Shown here in pieces: positions 35,565 through 47,643 of a DNA stretch of 64,000 nt (positions are counted from its first letter, which is position 1; each line of letters begins with the position of its first letter). The notes below the pieces were generated by a model that was not told the DNA's origin, did no database searches, and saw nothing but the letters and a program-made list of their open reading frames with translations. Location of the stretch: assembly GCA_013115145.1 (NCBI GenBank), contig JAAPAO010000017.1, positions 62,001 to 126,000 on the forward strand, written 5' to 3'. A program made the translations under genes and the position numbers. This stretch comes from Perkinsus chesapeaki ATCC PRA-425. Taxonomy: Eukaryota > Protista > Perkinsozoa.

Positions 35565-36677
35565 CTAAGGACCGGGCTTTAGCTTGGCAACACCCAGTCT
35601 GTTATCGACCGGTTGAAACTCAATATAGTTACCGACAAGTGCACCAGCAGGAAGTTGCCAAGTGTAACCCTCCAGAGGCATGATCATAACAGTGCAGGGC
35701 TGAGCTCCTACAAACTTTCTCACATAACCTTGAGATGAGATTTCCAAAGGGACATCCCCGTCTGGTCCGAGATAAAAGGTTAATGATGGCAGATACTTCC
35801 TTAAGGGGCAGTCCACTATGTAACTATTTCTTTTTCCATCAAATACGATATCTACTTTCTGGCCACGGATGTTGGAGGCCGCCCCAGCAAGCGCCTGTAC
35901 CAAGCCAGTGGAATATATGGATGGAATTCGAATGTAGTTGTCTCCAGTACGAATAGTGGCTCTCTGGTTGATCCCCAGAGTTGTTCTTCCTGCCTGTATG
36001 GACAGACTGCGTAGCTCTACAACGTAGTCATCAATACTTAGCAATGGTACATAACGTAATGGAATCACGTATTGTGTTGGATCCACTCCTCCCAGGATAA
36101 GTTTGCCACGGAATATATCAGATTCCTTAGTCGGTCTCAGAAAGAGAGTGAAAGTTGCCGTTTTCAATACCCTCTTGGACCTCAGCTGGTCCATTAGTGA
36201 AAACCCAGTTCCGTCGATGTCAGGTTTGAGACCAAGATAGTTAGCTGATGGGAACATCGGGGGAGGAGGGTCTTGGCCACCAATTAAACCAAAAGAGATA
36301 TCATCTGCACCAAATACGTTAGCGGAGTATTCGAATGCAAACAACTGAGTGTTGCGAACCTTGAATACTCTGGGGGGACCACGAGGGTCGGAGCAGGAGA
36401 AGCAAACGAACATGAAAGTTCGACACGCTCCCAGGCCTGTGAATAGTTCATACCACTCTTTCCAGACCAACAGAGTCGACGTCGAGCCGGTATCAACTAT
36501 AGCAACCATAGGTTGTTTATTCACACTCAAGGGACCATAGATAGCATAACCGGTTCGAGGGGATTCCCTATAGGTTATGCCCAATGACATGACCGTGCCC
36601 TCAGACTTGTTTGCCATCATGGCACAGATTAGGCATACCAGGATTAGTTTCATATATCCAAGCAGTTCGATGTACAT
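35565..36677 (-). CDS. Intronless pepsin-like (A1) aspartic protease homolog with a signal peptide; second catalytic Asp missing
   Basis: VAIVDTGST, NYLGL, ATFTLFL, GKLILGGVDPTQY, ATIRTGD (normally DTG), LPSLTFYLG, GALVGNYIEF..NRLGVAK. Confidence 0.88.
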   Translation of the reverse strand: MYIELLGYMKLILVCLICAMMANKSEGTVMSLGITYRESPRTGYAIYGPLSVNKQPMVAIVDTGSTSTLLVWKEWYELFTGLGACRTFMFVCFSCSDPRGPPRVFKVRNTQLFAFEYSANVFGADDISFGLIGGQDPPPPMFPSANYLGLKPDIDGTGFSLMDQLRSKRVLKTATFTLFLRPTKESDIFRGKLILGGVDPTQYVIPLRYVPLLSIDDYVVELRSLSIQAGRTTLGINQRATIRTGDNYIRIPSIYSTGLVQALAGAASNIRGQKVDIVFDGKRNSYIVDCPLRKYLPSLTFYLGPDGDVPLEISSQGYVRKFVGAQPCTVMIMPLEGYTWQLPAGALVGNYIEFQPVDNRLGVAKLKPGP

Positions 36678-37299
36678 GTATTAAACGACTCCGATATTCC
36701 TTTTGTCGCGTTTCGTTCTACGTCACCGACATGTGACTCCTGATCGTCCCCCTCACTCAATGGTTTCGGGTCGTCATTGAAAAACTTCAATGTAAATGTA
36801 TATCAGCGGCAAGGCGTAACAATTTCTCTCGGGTCCTTTGGTGAACTGGTGCTATTCATGGCGTTGGAGTACGAGAGATCGAAGAGAGCTGAGGAGAAAT
36901 TCATGCTACCATAATCGGCAAGCATGCTCTCTCCAGATTTGCGTGTTCAGTTAACATGAAGACAAATCGCGGTGGTCGTGAATGCCGTTGAGTAGTTTTG
37001 CGTGTGCTTCATCCTTCCGGTATTTTAGCAGTGATCTTATCCAGCCCACTATAAAACGCAAGCCTATGCAGCGAGCACCGAAACCGCTGATGAAACTGAT
37101 TGAGCGGCAGCACAACGTCAGTGTTTATCGTTCAAGCTGTTGCCATCACTGCCTCGTGCCGGCAATCTCGGGATTGAAAGCTGGCGGCGCCGTCGCTTGC
37201 GGAAAACTAGGGGCCTGCTGAGTCATCGGAACACTCTGAAAATAAGGAGCTTCACATAAGCATCGTGAATTCCATTCCCCAACTGGGTAGGATAAGCCG

Positions 37300-38616
37300 T
37301 CAGCGGGATAGAACGATCTTTCTCACTTGCGTCTGAGGATGCAGTCCATTTTGGTACATCTGCGTGGAGGGTTGTTGATTAGTAACATACTGATACCCAG
37401 TGGGTGGAGCCGGCTGCTGGTAGATAACCTGCCCTGTGGGTGCAGTCACTTGTGTCGGGTACACCTTACGAACGAAATACAAACATCAATCAATAATGGA
37501 ATCCTTACCACATTCGACTGTTGCTGCGGATGTTGTTGTTGTTGTTGTTGTTGGTATTGTGATGGAGGCTGAGGCCCTTTACCGTCGTCGTAGGTGTCTT
37601 CTATAACCTAGGCAAGTTAACATAGGCCATCCCCCCGAGGCTGAGATCGCCGTCTGTCGACCAATAAAGCGCCCCAGAGCACGTACCGTAACAGTCGTGC
37701 CTTGATCTGCGAGGAATGGTTGCTGGTAACCGTTAGAGTAGACCACCGATTCCGTCTAAGATAATAAATTGTAAGAAACAAACGCCAGTTAGATACCTGG
37801 GAGCTTCCCGCTGCACAACAACATATTATTATTCCTATTATAACAGCTATCTGAAAGGGGCAGCAGTTGTTGGAGAAGTGAACTGGTGGAGCTACGTACT
37901 GCAATGAGTGACATTATGAAAATTGGCACCCATGACACTCCACTGTGAGTGTACACCACTGTGCTGGAATGATACGGGTCATCAACCTGCAGGACAAAAT
38001 TTCCCAACAGGGCCATTTCATGGCGCGTGACTTAACTATAATAGGTGCAGGGGCGACTGGTGCCGGTATGACCATCGGCATCGGCACCACTGCTGGCACC
38101 ACAGCCGGATGGACCTGGTCAACGGTGAGTAGCGAAACTGGATGACCACCACATCACTTACGTAAGGGGACCTGTGATGTATAATAGTTGTTCGCCGGAC
38201 CACTCGGTATCTGATGGCAAGAGCTCCGCGCTACCACTCCAGCGGCAGCGGTTTCACCCATCGCTTTCCCCAGCAAGCTTGGCCGCTTGCTCATCAAGCT
38301 CACTGCAGTCACTGCCGTAGAACCCCGCGAAACATCGGCACGTGAATGCCTCCTCGTTGCCGCGGTCTTCGGCCGATACTAGCAAACACGTTGCCCAGTG
38401 CTCCGTACGCGATACCTACCTGCAGCCCTAACGCATTGACCGTTACCGTTGCACTGCTGCGCTGTGGAGGCTGACGGGTTCTGAAGGTGAGGACTCGAAA
38501 GCCACAGGTATCACGGACTAGCTTACGCATTCTGTGGCGGCTACGGTTTGAGGCTTCTGGGAGAGAAGCAGGAAAATGACCGGCAGCACACAGGCCCGGC
38601 GCGGAAAAGTACGCAT
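37300..38616 (-). CDS. Signal peptide + EGF-like domain + transmembrane helix + Cys cluster + P/Q/Y-rich tail protein, multi-exon
   Basis: MRTFPRRACVLPVIFLLLS signal; spliced C..QQCNGNGQCV..FTCRCFAGFYGSDC EGF pattern; VSWVPIFIMSLIA/IAVIIGIIICCC transmembrane segment; tail PQPPSQYQQQQ, YQQPAPPTGY. Confidence 0.7.
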
Positions 38617-38741
38617 ACCGAATTTATCACAAGCTGGTGTAATTGGACTGTGGGGGAACACTACAGTGGAAAGGGAATGAAAGATGTATTCAATTGTGGT
38701 AGATTGGGGATACTTCAAAATCGAAGAAATGATTCTTCTTT

Positions 38742-39680
38742 TTAAACCCTATCAATCGCCGACTCCTCCATGTCGAAGGTGACATGCTGATTGCTTTCAT
38801 CAGTCTTATGATGCATGAAATGGATTACAATGTAACCGATACCAACACAGCAGAGGTATCTGAAATAGGGATATGGACGGCGGAGCGAAGCAGTAACTTA
38901 CAGGCCGACAAATCCGAGCCAGAAAGTCCACGAGGATATCCAAAGAGTACCCATGAAAATCTGAGAGAAAAGATACTCCGAAGAAATGAGGCTTCGGTGC
39001 GCACTAGAAAGATTCCTCGGCCCAGATTATTCTTTAGGAAACCGAACTGCTCGTAGATCATATCCTGAAGCTTCTTAATCTGAAACCAGAAGCGTGAGGA
39101 AGAGGGCCAGAAGAACGACGCACCCCAGGCCAGCTGGTGTTGGACTCGGCAACGGCCAGAACAAATGCGAATATTATCATATATCTGATTGTGAAGTAGC
39201 CATACCGCTCCCTCCGCGAACCTTACGCATTCATCACATATAGTGCCGGTGATGCTATATTAAATACATTGAGGAACGATACTATTGAGATGGCCAAAAC
39301 CGCTAGCGAGCCAACAAATGAAAAAATCTGAAGTCAAGCATTTACCGTATCCAAAGGCAAGGCGCTACCTTCAAACGCAGAGGGTTATGTACAACATAGT
39401 TCCCGACACCACGAGCGCCGCTGAGCTGAAGAGATAAGAGGTCGCAGGTTCGATCCGCGGCGGGGGCACTCTATCTTGCTACCACAGTCGAGCCAGCATT
39501 GGTGATGACACTTCGGGCTACTCCTGTCTGAAAGCTTTCCGTCATGGAGCTCTTTCCTATGGGATGCTGCTGGGGCTGCTGAGGGGATGAACCTGACCTT
39601 AAACGTATCTTACGCTGCCTCGAAGATTCCTCACCATCAAAAGGATCTTCTGTTGACATTGATGAGAGATTCACTGACAT
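38742..39680 (-). CDS. COPI-associated/TVP15-like Golgi membrane protein, multi-exon
   Basis: Hydrophobic exons IFSFVGSLAVLAISIVSFLNVF and IYMIIFAFVLAVAES, plus the family-like motif YEQFGFLKNNLGRGIFL. Confidence 0.65.
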
Positions 39681-39798
39681 TTATCCTTTCAACTGAACCC
39701 TTACTCCCGCGTCACTCCATAACTCCACAGCAGCACACAGCTTCGAAACACAGTCTGAATTGCGGACAGTAGGACCGCATCTGGAAACTTGCGAAAGT

Positions 39799-41182
39799 CT
39801 ACGCCTGAGTGATCTTAACCAGGGCCTTCTCGAGGAACGTAGTGCCTTCAGCGCTTGAGCTTGCCACCTAAAGCGATATCTTCAGCGGTGGGCAGCGGTG
39901 GTTCATTACGCTCTTAGTGACCTGAGACTTCATCATCATGAACTTGACGAAGTTGCATCCACATTCCTTCTTCCTGAGAAATAGGGGACAGATTAGAGAA
40001 CAGAGAAACTTGACGTATAAAAAGCTTAATAGAAAACATCGCGAACTGTTTGATGCCAGCAGCTTGAGTGTTTCAAGAAGCATTTTCAGACACAAGTCAT
40101 GTTACTCATATTTGTTCAAGTAGAGAAAGTAGAATTCGAATAGGGGATCTATTATTACCACATTTCCGCCAGAAATACTCCTGAACCCCAGTTCTGACTT
40201 ACATAACTACACACTCCTTGCCATTCTCATCCTTTGCATCACGGAACACAGCACGCTCTGCATTGGTGAAGTAAGTACCTATACTCTCTATAGGGAACAA
40301 TGGGAAGATACCTCAACTTACAGAAGGGTGCATCAAGGCTTTGTGAGAGGCTCTGAAGGAGGATGGAGCCATCCTTTTCTACACGTAGCCAGTAGTACAC
40401 AATCACCCTAGTCTTGTCGGCACACCTAATAAAGACCAGTACAAACCGGCGAGATAGACCGGAAACCTTACATGGGGATCTTGGGGATTGGCGTTACCAT
40501 GTTGATCCTCTTACACAGTATCTTATCCTCTGGCGCCTTTTCATCGACAAACCTGAAATACCGGATTCAGAGGATTTCAGATTGTATTGGGAATGCTTTC
40601 CTTCGCCCCAGTGTGACTACTTGAGCCACGAGGTCTCCTCGAAGTCGAAGGCACCTCCTTGCAGCTGCCATTCTTTAACAAGCCCATCCTCAAGGAATGC
40701 CTTCATGAGAGTAGAGGTGTTGATAGACTCCAACTCATCGGCTTCATTCACTACTTCGTATCCATGCTTTGGTAAGGTCACATAGAAATCTATACAAGTG
40801 AGGATGCTTTATAAGATACGCCCTTAATGACTAGCAGTGGGTAGCTTTAATAGTCTAAAGTATAATGCTGCTATTACAGCGTCGTCACACCACCGAAGAT
40901 GGGCCCCGGGCTATATGCCCTGTGACCAACTAATAAGGTGCAACGTGAATGTATTATTACATACAGTAACATATAATCCAAACTGAGGTATAACGATATA
41001 ACGGCGAGCCGAAGTGTTAATTTCATACCAAATTTCCCACACATAGTACTGTCAGGACTGTAGGATATTCTACAAGCCCAAGCTCTTATAGCAACCCTTG
41101 CATCATTACCTTTCATTTCTGGTATGGTGCATTCATCTGCCTTATTAAAAACACTCTCGAAGGCGGTTTGTGCAGTTGACAT
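39799..41182 (-). CDS. Hypothetical multi-exon protein
   Basis: Spliceable exons (DFYVTLPKHGYEVV.., IVYYWLRVEKDGSILLQ, FTNAERAVFRDAK, GVQEYFWRKC, FLEKALVKITQA*); no domain recognised, and it may be two genes. Confidence 0.5.
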
Positions 41183-41875
41183 AATATATGTTTTAATCAA
41201 TGTAATGTCTGAAGCGACTGTACTAGCCCCAGTGTGACGAACAGAGCTACGTCCTTCTGAATTGGAGTAGTGTCAACACAAAACGCAAGTAATGATAGAA
41301 TCCATGTAGAGTCCGCATGCTTCTATACAGGACGGGGCCTTCGATAAAGGCTTGGTCGTGGAAGAGCACTTTCCTTCGGAAGGTTTCACAGTTACTTAAT
41401 CTAGCACTTGCCAGAGCTTCTTAAGTGTCTCAATAGAAAGCGCAGAATTGGCTCCACAAAGCCCCAACTATTACTACATTCATGTGGGAAATGATTATGA
41501 AGGCCACTGTGGGGTTGACCAGGAAGATATGCCAGGAGAGAGAGTCGTTGATACCAACGAGACTTATCAAAGAACCCAGTTAGTGTGTCCATGTTTTTCG
41601 AACTAACAAAAATTCGACAAACTGTGGTGATCATAGCGCTCGCCCAAAAATCAAGTCGAAAGACGAACAGAAGGTAAGTCTACATGGAAACCGGACATGG
41701 CGTCTAAGTTCTGAGCTAGAATCCCTGGAAAGTAATAAGGTATATAATTGACTACATTATAGTTCGCAATCGGTAAGTACGTAGTCAATCACATTGCATC
41801 TAGTAAGTCAACTGAGTATGCACAAGTGTCGACAAACCTTATATGAATGTAACCTAGCATAGTACCATTCCTAGC

Positions 41876-42572
41876 ATGACCAATCTCTCTGACACTGACC
41901 TTGCAGAGTTCAGAGAGGTATTCCGGTTGCTGGACACAGATGGGAGTGGTAGCATATCCGCGAATGAATTGAAAGGCCTTCTAGACTCCATTGGTGAGCC
42001 AGTCGATTTGTCACCAATCGATTGCTAGTATACCTATAGGCATGAGTTTATCTATGGATGAACTCGAGGAGCTAGTAACCGAGATCGACAAAGATTGCTC
42101 TGGTAGCATGGGGATCTCCAACTAACCTGCAAAATATCCTTTAGGCGCCATTGAATTCGACGAATTCACATCGGTACTTTCACGGGACGTCAATCCACCG
42201 TTCTCAGCAGCCGAGGTTGAAGAGGTGAGACCGTACCATAATTTCGGGGCCCCCAGCAGCAGCTCGAAAGCAGTCATTCCGAATGATAGCAAGACATGCC
42301 CCTCCGGGACATATACGGTTGAAAGATCTCGACGAGGCGTTGAGAGTTCACCTACGAGACGTAGACCATCACGAGATTAATGACATCATACGCGCCTACA
42401 TGGTAGGGTTGAGCCATGTTGATAGCTCATACGGTGCTGTTAGGATTCGACAGTCGGGCATCCTTCGAACCCCGACGGAGAATACATCAATTACCAGAGC
42501 TTTATAGACTTGATGATGCGCGAGCTAGTTGTTACTAAAAAGAAGAAACGCTCTACCAAGAAAAAAACATAA
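41876..42572 (+). CDS. Calmodulin/centrin-like EF-hand protein with a basic C-terminal tail
   Basis: EFREVFRLLDTDGSGSISANEL, EIDKDCSGAIEFDEF and degenerate EF-hands 3-4 (DGEYINYQSFIDLM), ending TKKKKRSTKKKT*. Confidence 0.85.
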
Positions 42573-42793
42573 ATAGCGAAGTAGCAGCAACTTGTCCCCA
42601 ATAGTGTGTGCGTTAAAGTTGCCTCAATAACGATCCAAGTGCCTCAATATGCTACAGAGTAGAGCAAGTACGCTCATGGTATAATGCGTCAAACTCTTGA
42701 AGCTTCCTGGCGGACCGAATACGGTCAATTGAAAGCGAGGCTTGGTTTCGGAACGCTTCCGAGTTGCGTGTTGGTGTATGTAACAGTGGCCGG

Positions 42794-42958
42794 CTCAACA
42801 CAATCCGGTTGTTATTTGATCTACCCATGGAACTCCATGACTCAATATGCTATGCATTGTCATGCAGTAGCATAGATTGGTCCCCCACTGAGGGCGGATC
42901 AGGCCAAACTTGGCTTTTATATGGGGACCTATCACCGTAATCGAAATGTAGCAATACA
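42794..42958 (+). repeat. 165-bp dispersed repeat, copy 1
   Basis: Aligns without gaps to 49901-50065, with long identical stretches such as ccatgactcaatatgctatgcattgtcatgcagtag and caggccaaacttggcttttatatggggacctatca. Confidence 0.9.
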
Positions 42959-43417
42959 GCCTTTCACTCTCTGGACTATCACAAGGCGGGCCAGTCTAGG
43001 GCTGTTCTTTATACGTTCACGACATGCCCCGCGGAAGCGAACCACGCTGGGAGCGCCAATCGCGTCTCCGTTATGGCCGTGCAGTTCCGTTAAAGCTATT
43101 GCCCGACTCTGGTTCGGGTGGGAGGCTGCAATCCATCGCGGGAATGGCAGTAAATAATATTACTAAATGGGTGTCGACATCCATCCTGGATGATCCAGGG
43201 TGTACAAGCAAGCGCGTTGAGAGTGTGAAAGATGCACAGGCACCGGCACTGTAAGCAGTAGAAGATGACGGGATAATCGAATAAAAAAAGAAGAATGGTA
43301 TCACAAGACACCTGCTATTCATGAACATAAGCCTCGTTATTAATATTGATCCGGATCTCGAGGCTTTTGTTGTTATATAGTGATTGATATAAATGTAGAT
43401 ACGCACCCTCAGTGGCT

Positions 43418-46168
43418 ATGAAGTCTTTGTCGCATAAACAAGCAGATAACGAAGAAGATGGGCATAGTCACGTATCAGATAGTAACACCAGTGATGATGA
43501 CGCGACATCATCATTGGACGAGAGGAGTAGTGTTGACAGTATTGATATAGCCAAGACGCATCAGTGGGAATCCAAAGACAAGGGAAGGACCACAGAACGA
43601 ACACAAGGGAAGATATACACTATTAAGCAAACGGGGAAAGAGCTCAACGATGTCACTACACGAATAGAGAACATGATACAAACAGTCATACATGATAATG
43701 ACAATAATAATGATGATGATGGTGAAGAAATCGCTACAAAGCAGTATCACATGTGGGACCATTTGGTATAGTTATGTGCGTTGGTTCAGGAAAACTATCA
43801 ACTCCCAGCGAGAAAAAGATAGAACAAAACGAAGGAATATTGTAGAGGATTTGGGTAAGAAAGTCCTCCATAACCAACCTCGGAGATTACTTCTGAATAG
43901 TACACGATGCTTCACGACGAAGTAGAACGGTAACCGACATGCTCAGTATGATGATGTCGTACAAGGATAATAATAAGGCTGGTAACGTTATTCGTATCGG
44001 TCATGTCCAACATATCAGAAGCATTACAATAAAACGAGTGGACTTAGCGTTATATCTCAGATGATGATGAGTGTTCGGCCGCCCTTGCTGACCACATATT
44101 ATCAAGGTCATCTAGCCTTAGTAGTGATGCCACTGTACTTGGTGATGTAAAGACACATATTGACTACTCTGAGGCTGTCGGGGAATATACAATGGAGTCC
44201 TGCGCGGTAAGGGACAACTAGTCACATATACTGGGCACCTCACTTGAGCTACTCCAGACACTTAATAAACTACGGCTGTCCGTCATAGAGGTGCAAGAGA
44301 AGCTCCAACATGACAGCCGCGCAGTGAAGTAGTGATAGCGCTCATGAAAGAGTATTGATAAAATAATAAGGGCTGATGAGATGATGAAGTCTCCAAATAC
44401 GAAGGAGTCGAATGCAATGAAGAAACTGTTCAATAGCTGGGAGAGGCACACAACACTCACACAAGAGATTAGTGACCATGAACTGTATAGCAAACTAAGT
44501 GTGATGATATCTCAGAGGGTCTGGAAAATGAGTTGAGTATCATGGAGGCAGCAATCAGGAGGATAGATGAAGGCTCAGATGGGAAAGGGAATACTCGAAG
44601 AGGAAGTACTGCTAACGGAATGTAGGATTTATATACAGTGCCGTGTACTCTTGCTGTCACAATGAAGGCAGTCTAGAGATCAAACGGATGCGCTCATAGA
44701 AGCGGTAAAAAAGAAGACAAGAAGGGAGACTATACGAGGAGAGATCGAAAAGATAATGCCAAGTGGTGGAAAGATAACGGGAGAAATGAATATGCTTACC
44801 CTACAGATAACATGATACTACAAGTGCCAATATTAAACGATCCTGATGCCGACGAGGATGTATTGAACGCCGAAGCAGAAAGAGTATTGCAATTGGAATT
44901 AGATAAAATGAGAGGAACGCTCGCAATGCTCGAGGAGGAGATAGCTTATATAGAAGTGAAGACTACATGTCTGCTATGTGTTTACTGTGCTCTCCAATCA
45001 CTAGGGAGGTACATCCAATATAGCTGATGAGGAATATACAACAGAAGACCTTCAAAAGTAAGGCATCAGTGAATATTATTCATGATTATATTCTCTTCTC
45101 ATTTGGGAATCTATGCCGAGCAGAATGATATTAGTTGGCAATTTGATCAGAGCGACCGAGACAGTTATCCAAGAAACAAAAGAGCTAAGAGTTGGACTGG
45201 TGAGAAAGAAGAAATTGATAGATGTTGCGGAAGGAACGCTGAAAGCTCTTGATGAGGAGATGGATAGGCTTTTGAGCCAATTACGTGACATGCACAGAGG
45301 AGGTCCTGCAGGACCATCAACCGAAGGCAGGTCGGTATTGGCTCGAATACAAACCAAAACAATTGTAGAGGAAGACGAGCAGTGGGATGCTTTGCGGAAG
45401 AGTGCTCAATCTGTTGAATGGGATATTACCCGAGAGGGTGCGGAAAAGGAGTCTATGTTATTGATGGAGAAATTGGTGACCGCAGGAGATGAATTGGCCA
45501 AGTTGATGGAGAAAAAGAGGGTGGGGAAGCTCTCCTGGTCAAATTTGAGTTTGTTAGTTTGGTAGTGATATCAGATATTACTCAACGCACTAGATGACGC
45601 TAGGAAAGAGCTAGCAAATACCAAGCTGAAGGTGGCCAAACCGGTTCGGGTAGCTGTAGTTGAAGAGCCTACTTCCGTGAAGGAGAGAAGTGTCCCCGGA
45701 TTGGCAGCAGAGGTCATCTCCATTCGAATGTGTAAGGCGATGCTCGAATGATAGTTTTAGGTTGAAGAGCTACGTAGAACACTACGAAGTCAAACACGAG
45801 AAATAAATAACTTGAGAAAAGAGTGGTATGAAGCAAAAGAGAGAGAAAGAGCCCGAAAAGCGAATGCACGAGTTAGTATACTTGGACGAGCTCAAACGAT
45901 AACCTTGGAGGAGCTAGAAGTGATTAACGCAGGCCGAGTTGATGTTATGGACGAGTCTGTTCGTACAGCAGAAGAAATACTTCGACGAGTGAATATGCAT
46001 GCATCTAATACATGATATTCGCAATTTTAACCAGCGGCTCTTCAATGGTATTGTACATTCGTTGAGTTATTGTAGCAATTAGAGGTTGCACTACGAGATA
46101 GACAACTCGGCAATGATTTGCCGAGAAATCATTTGCGGCGAAGTCTCAGTGATAGCGTTGAGAAATAA
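43418..46168 (+). CDS. Hypothetical coiled-coil protein, multi-exon
   Basis: E/K/L-rich heptad exons (LQLELDKMRGTLAMLEEEIA, LKALDEEMDRLLSQLRDM, EWYEAKERERARKANAR) separated by short GT-AG introns; ends HLRRSLSDSVEK*. Confidence 0.6.
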
Positions 46169-47643
46169 GACGATTGAGTGATGGGGTATGATAGCGTGGA
46201 CCCGCCGGTGGTAGAGCCGCCAATAATACTTTGGTGTTAGGGGTTAGACAGATTGATAACCATTACCAGGAGTATAGATAATCGTACTATTGGCAGGAGT
46301 GTTGATTCATGACGCTCCATTCCATCACCAAAATGTGGTTGATAGCTGACTTATGGTTTATTCTTCGAGAGAATTCTCAGCGCTCGCTTTCCCTTTGCTC
46401 TCATAACCCCTTCATTGGTTTAATACGACCCTTTCTCACTTACTCTCGTACCAAAGTCATTCCGACACCTTTACTTTCTGGCTGGAATTACTTTCTCCTT
46501 AGAGAGCAAATAGTATTTGGTCCTGCCTCCCTCGCCTTTCATTTCTTGAGTTTTGACTCTGCCAGATGTACGATGGTATTACTGAACGCTAACACTGCTG
46601 AATATTTTTTTCTTTCACATCTGCGAACATCTCTCATTTATGTTGCCTTTGTTTTCATCCCTTCCTCGAACCACATTGACACAGTGTGTGACGCACACAA
46701 TGACTTTAGGTGTTCCAGCAGTGGTTCATGCAGGATTTTATGTTCGGGAGGGATCCGATTCCCCTGGAAGCAGGGATCCATCTACCCCGTTTCACGAAGG
46801 TTCCTAGAGGCAGCCTCACTTTTCGAGAAGGTTCCTGCTCCAGGAATCCTAGAGGAAAGTAGTTCAGAGAATTCGCGCCGCATCGCGCGACCGCTCTAGG
46901 GAGGTTCCTGCTCTACAAAGTAGTGCATTGAATTACTTGAGGGCCTCATGATGAGGCCCTCATCAGAGCGAGCAGAGCTGGGCATAGCTTCCTCGAGGGA
47001 CGTCTGAGGTTCCTGGATGGAACCCTGCCTGGAAGGGTACGTATGGGCAGGTGAGGTGACTAACTACTGGAAGACTTCCAGTGAACGCACGAGTGTAGGC
47101 TGCCGAATTAGTGTCTTTCCCACTTAGCGATTCTCAAGGTGGAATTGCTTTATATTCAGGGGCAGCTGCCCTGGGCCTGCCCCCTTTCTCCCGGCTGTAG
47201 CTCCATTCTAACAACCTACTTATATGCCGGTTGCTCTGAGTTTGACAGTTCACGAGACTTGAGAGCCCGAAGCACACTAGTTTCAGCAGCTGAAGCTTAA
47301 TTGACTTTCCCACATTGTGAGAATGCTTGTCGATCACTTTATTGTTTCCGCTTAATCCCAACGATTCTATAGCACTTCTATATACTATATACCGATCATG
47401 CTATCCGTCAACAATGGACCATTGTCAATGGTGCCTTGGAAATTCCAATATTATCTGCGATTGTTTTATTGATCTTGTACAACTAAACTATCTTTCTGAT
47501 TCAAACTGACCTATCAGTACTATGCTGTACGAAATATAGTACTCCCAAGTGAAAATGAGATAAGATGACTGAGAGTGATGACCTATGATAGAGCGTAACG
47601 CCCTGGGGCACCCATGCAGGGCCTGGCGAGCCTCAGTATTGAT

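Noticed and set aside
41300-41640. Possible tiny two-exon gene (MDTLTGFFDKSRWYQRL...)
   Set aside because: About 38 aa after splicing with no recognisable family; insufficient support.
46309-46899. 196-aa plus-strand ORF
   Set aside because: No domain, F/S/L-biased composition, overlaps the repeat patch; probably non-coding.
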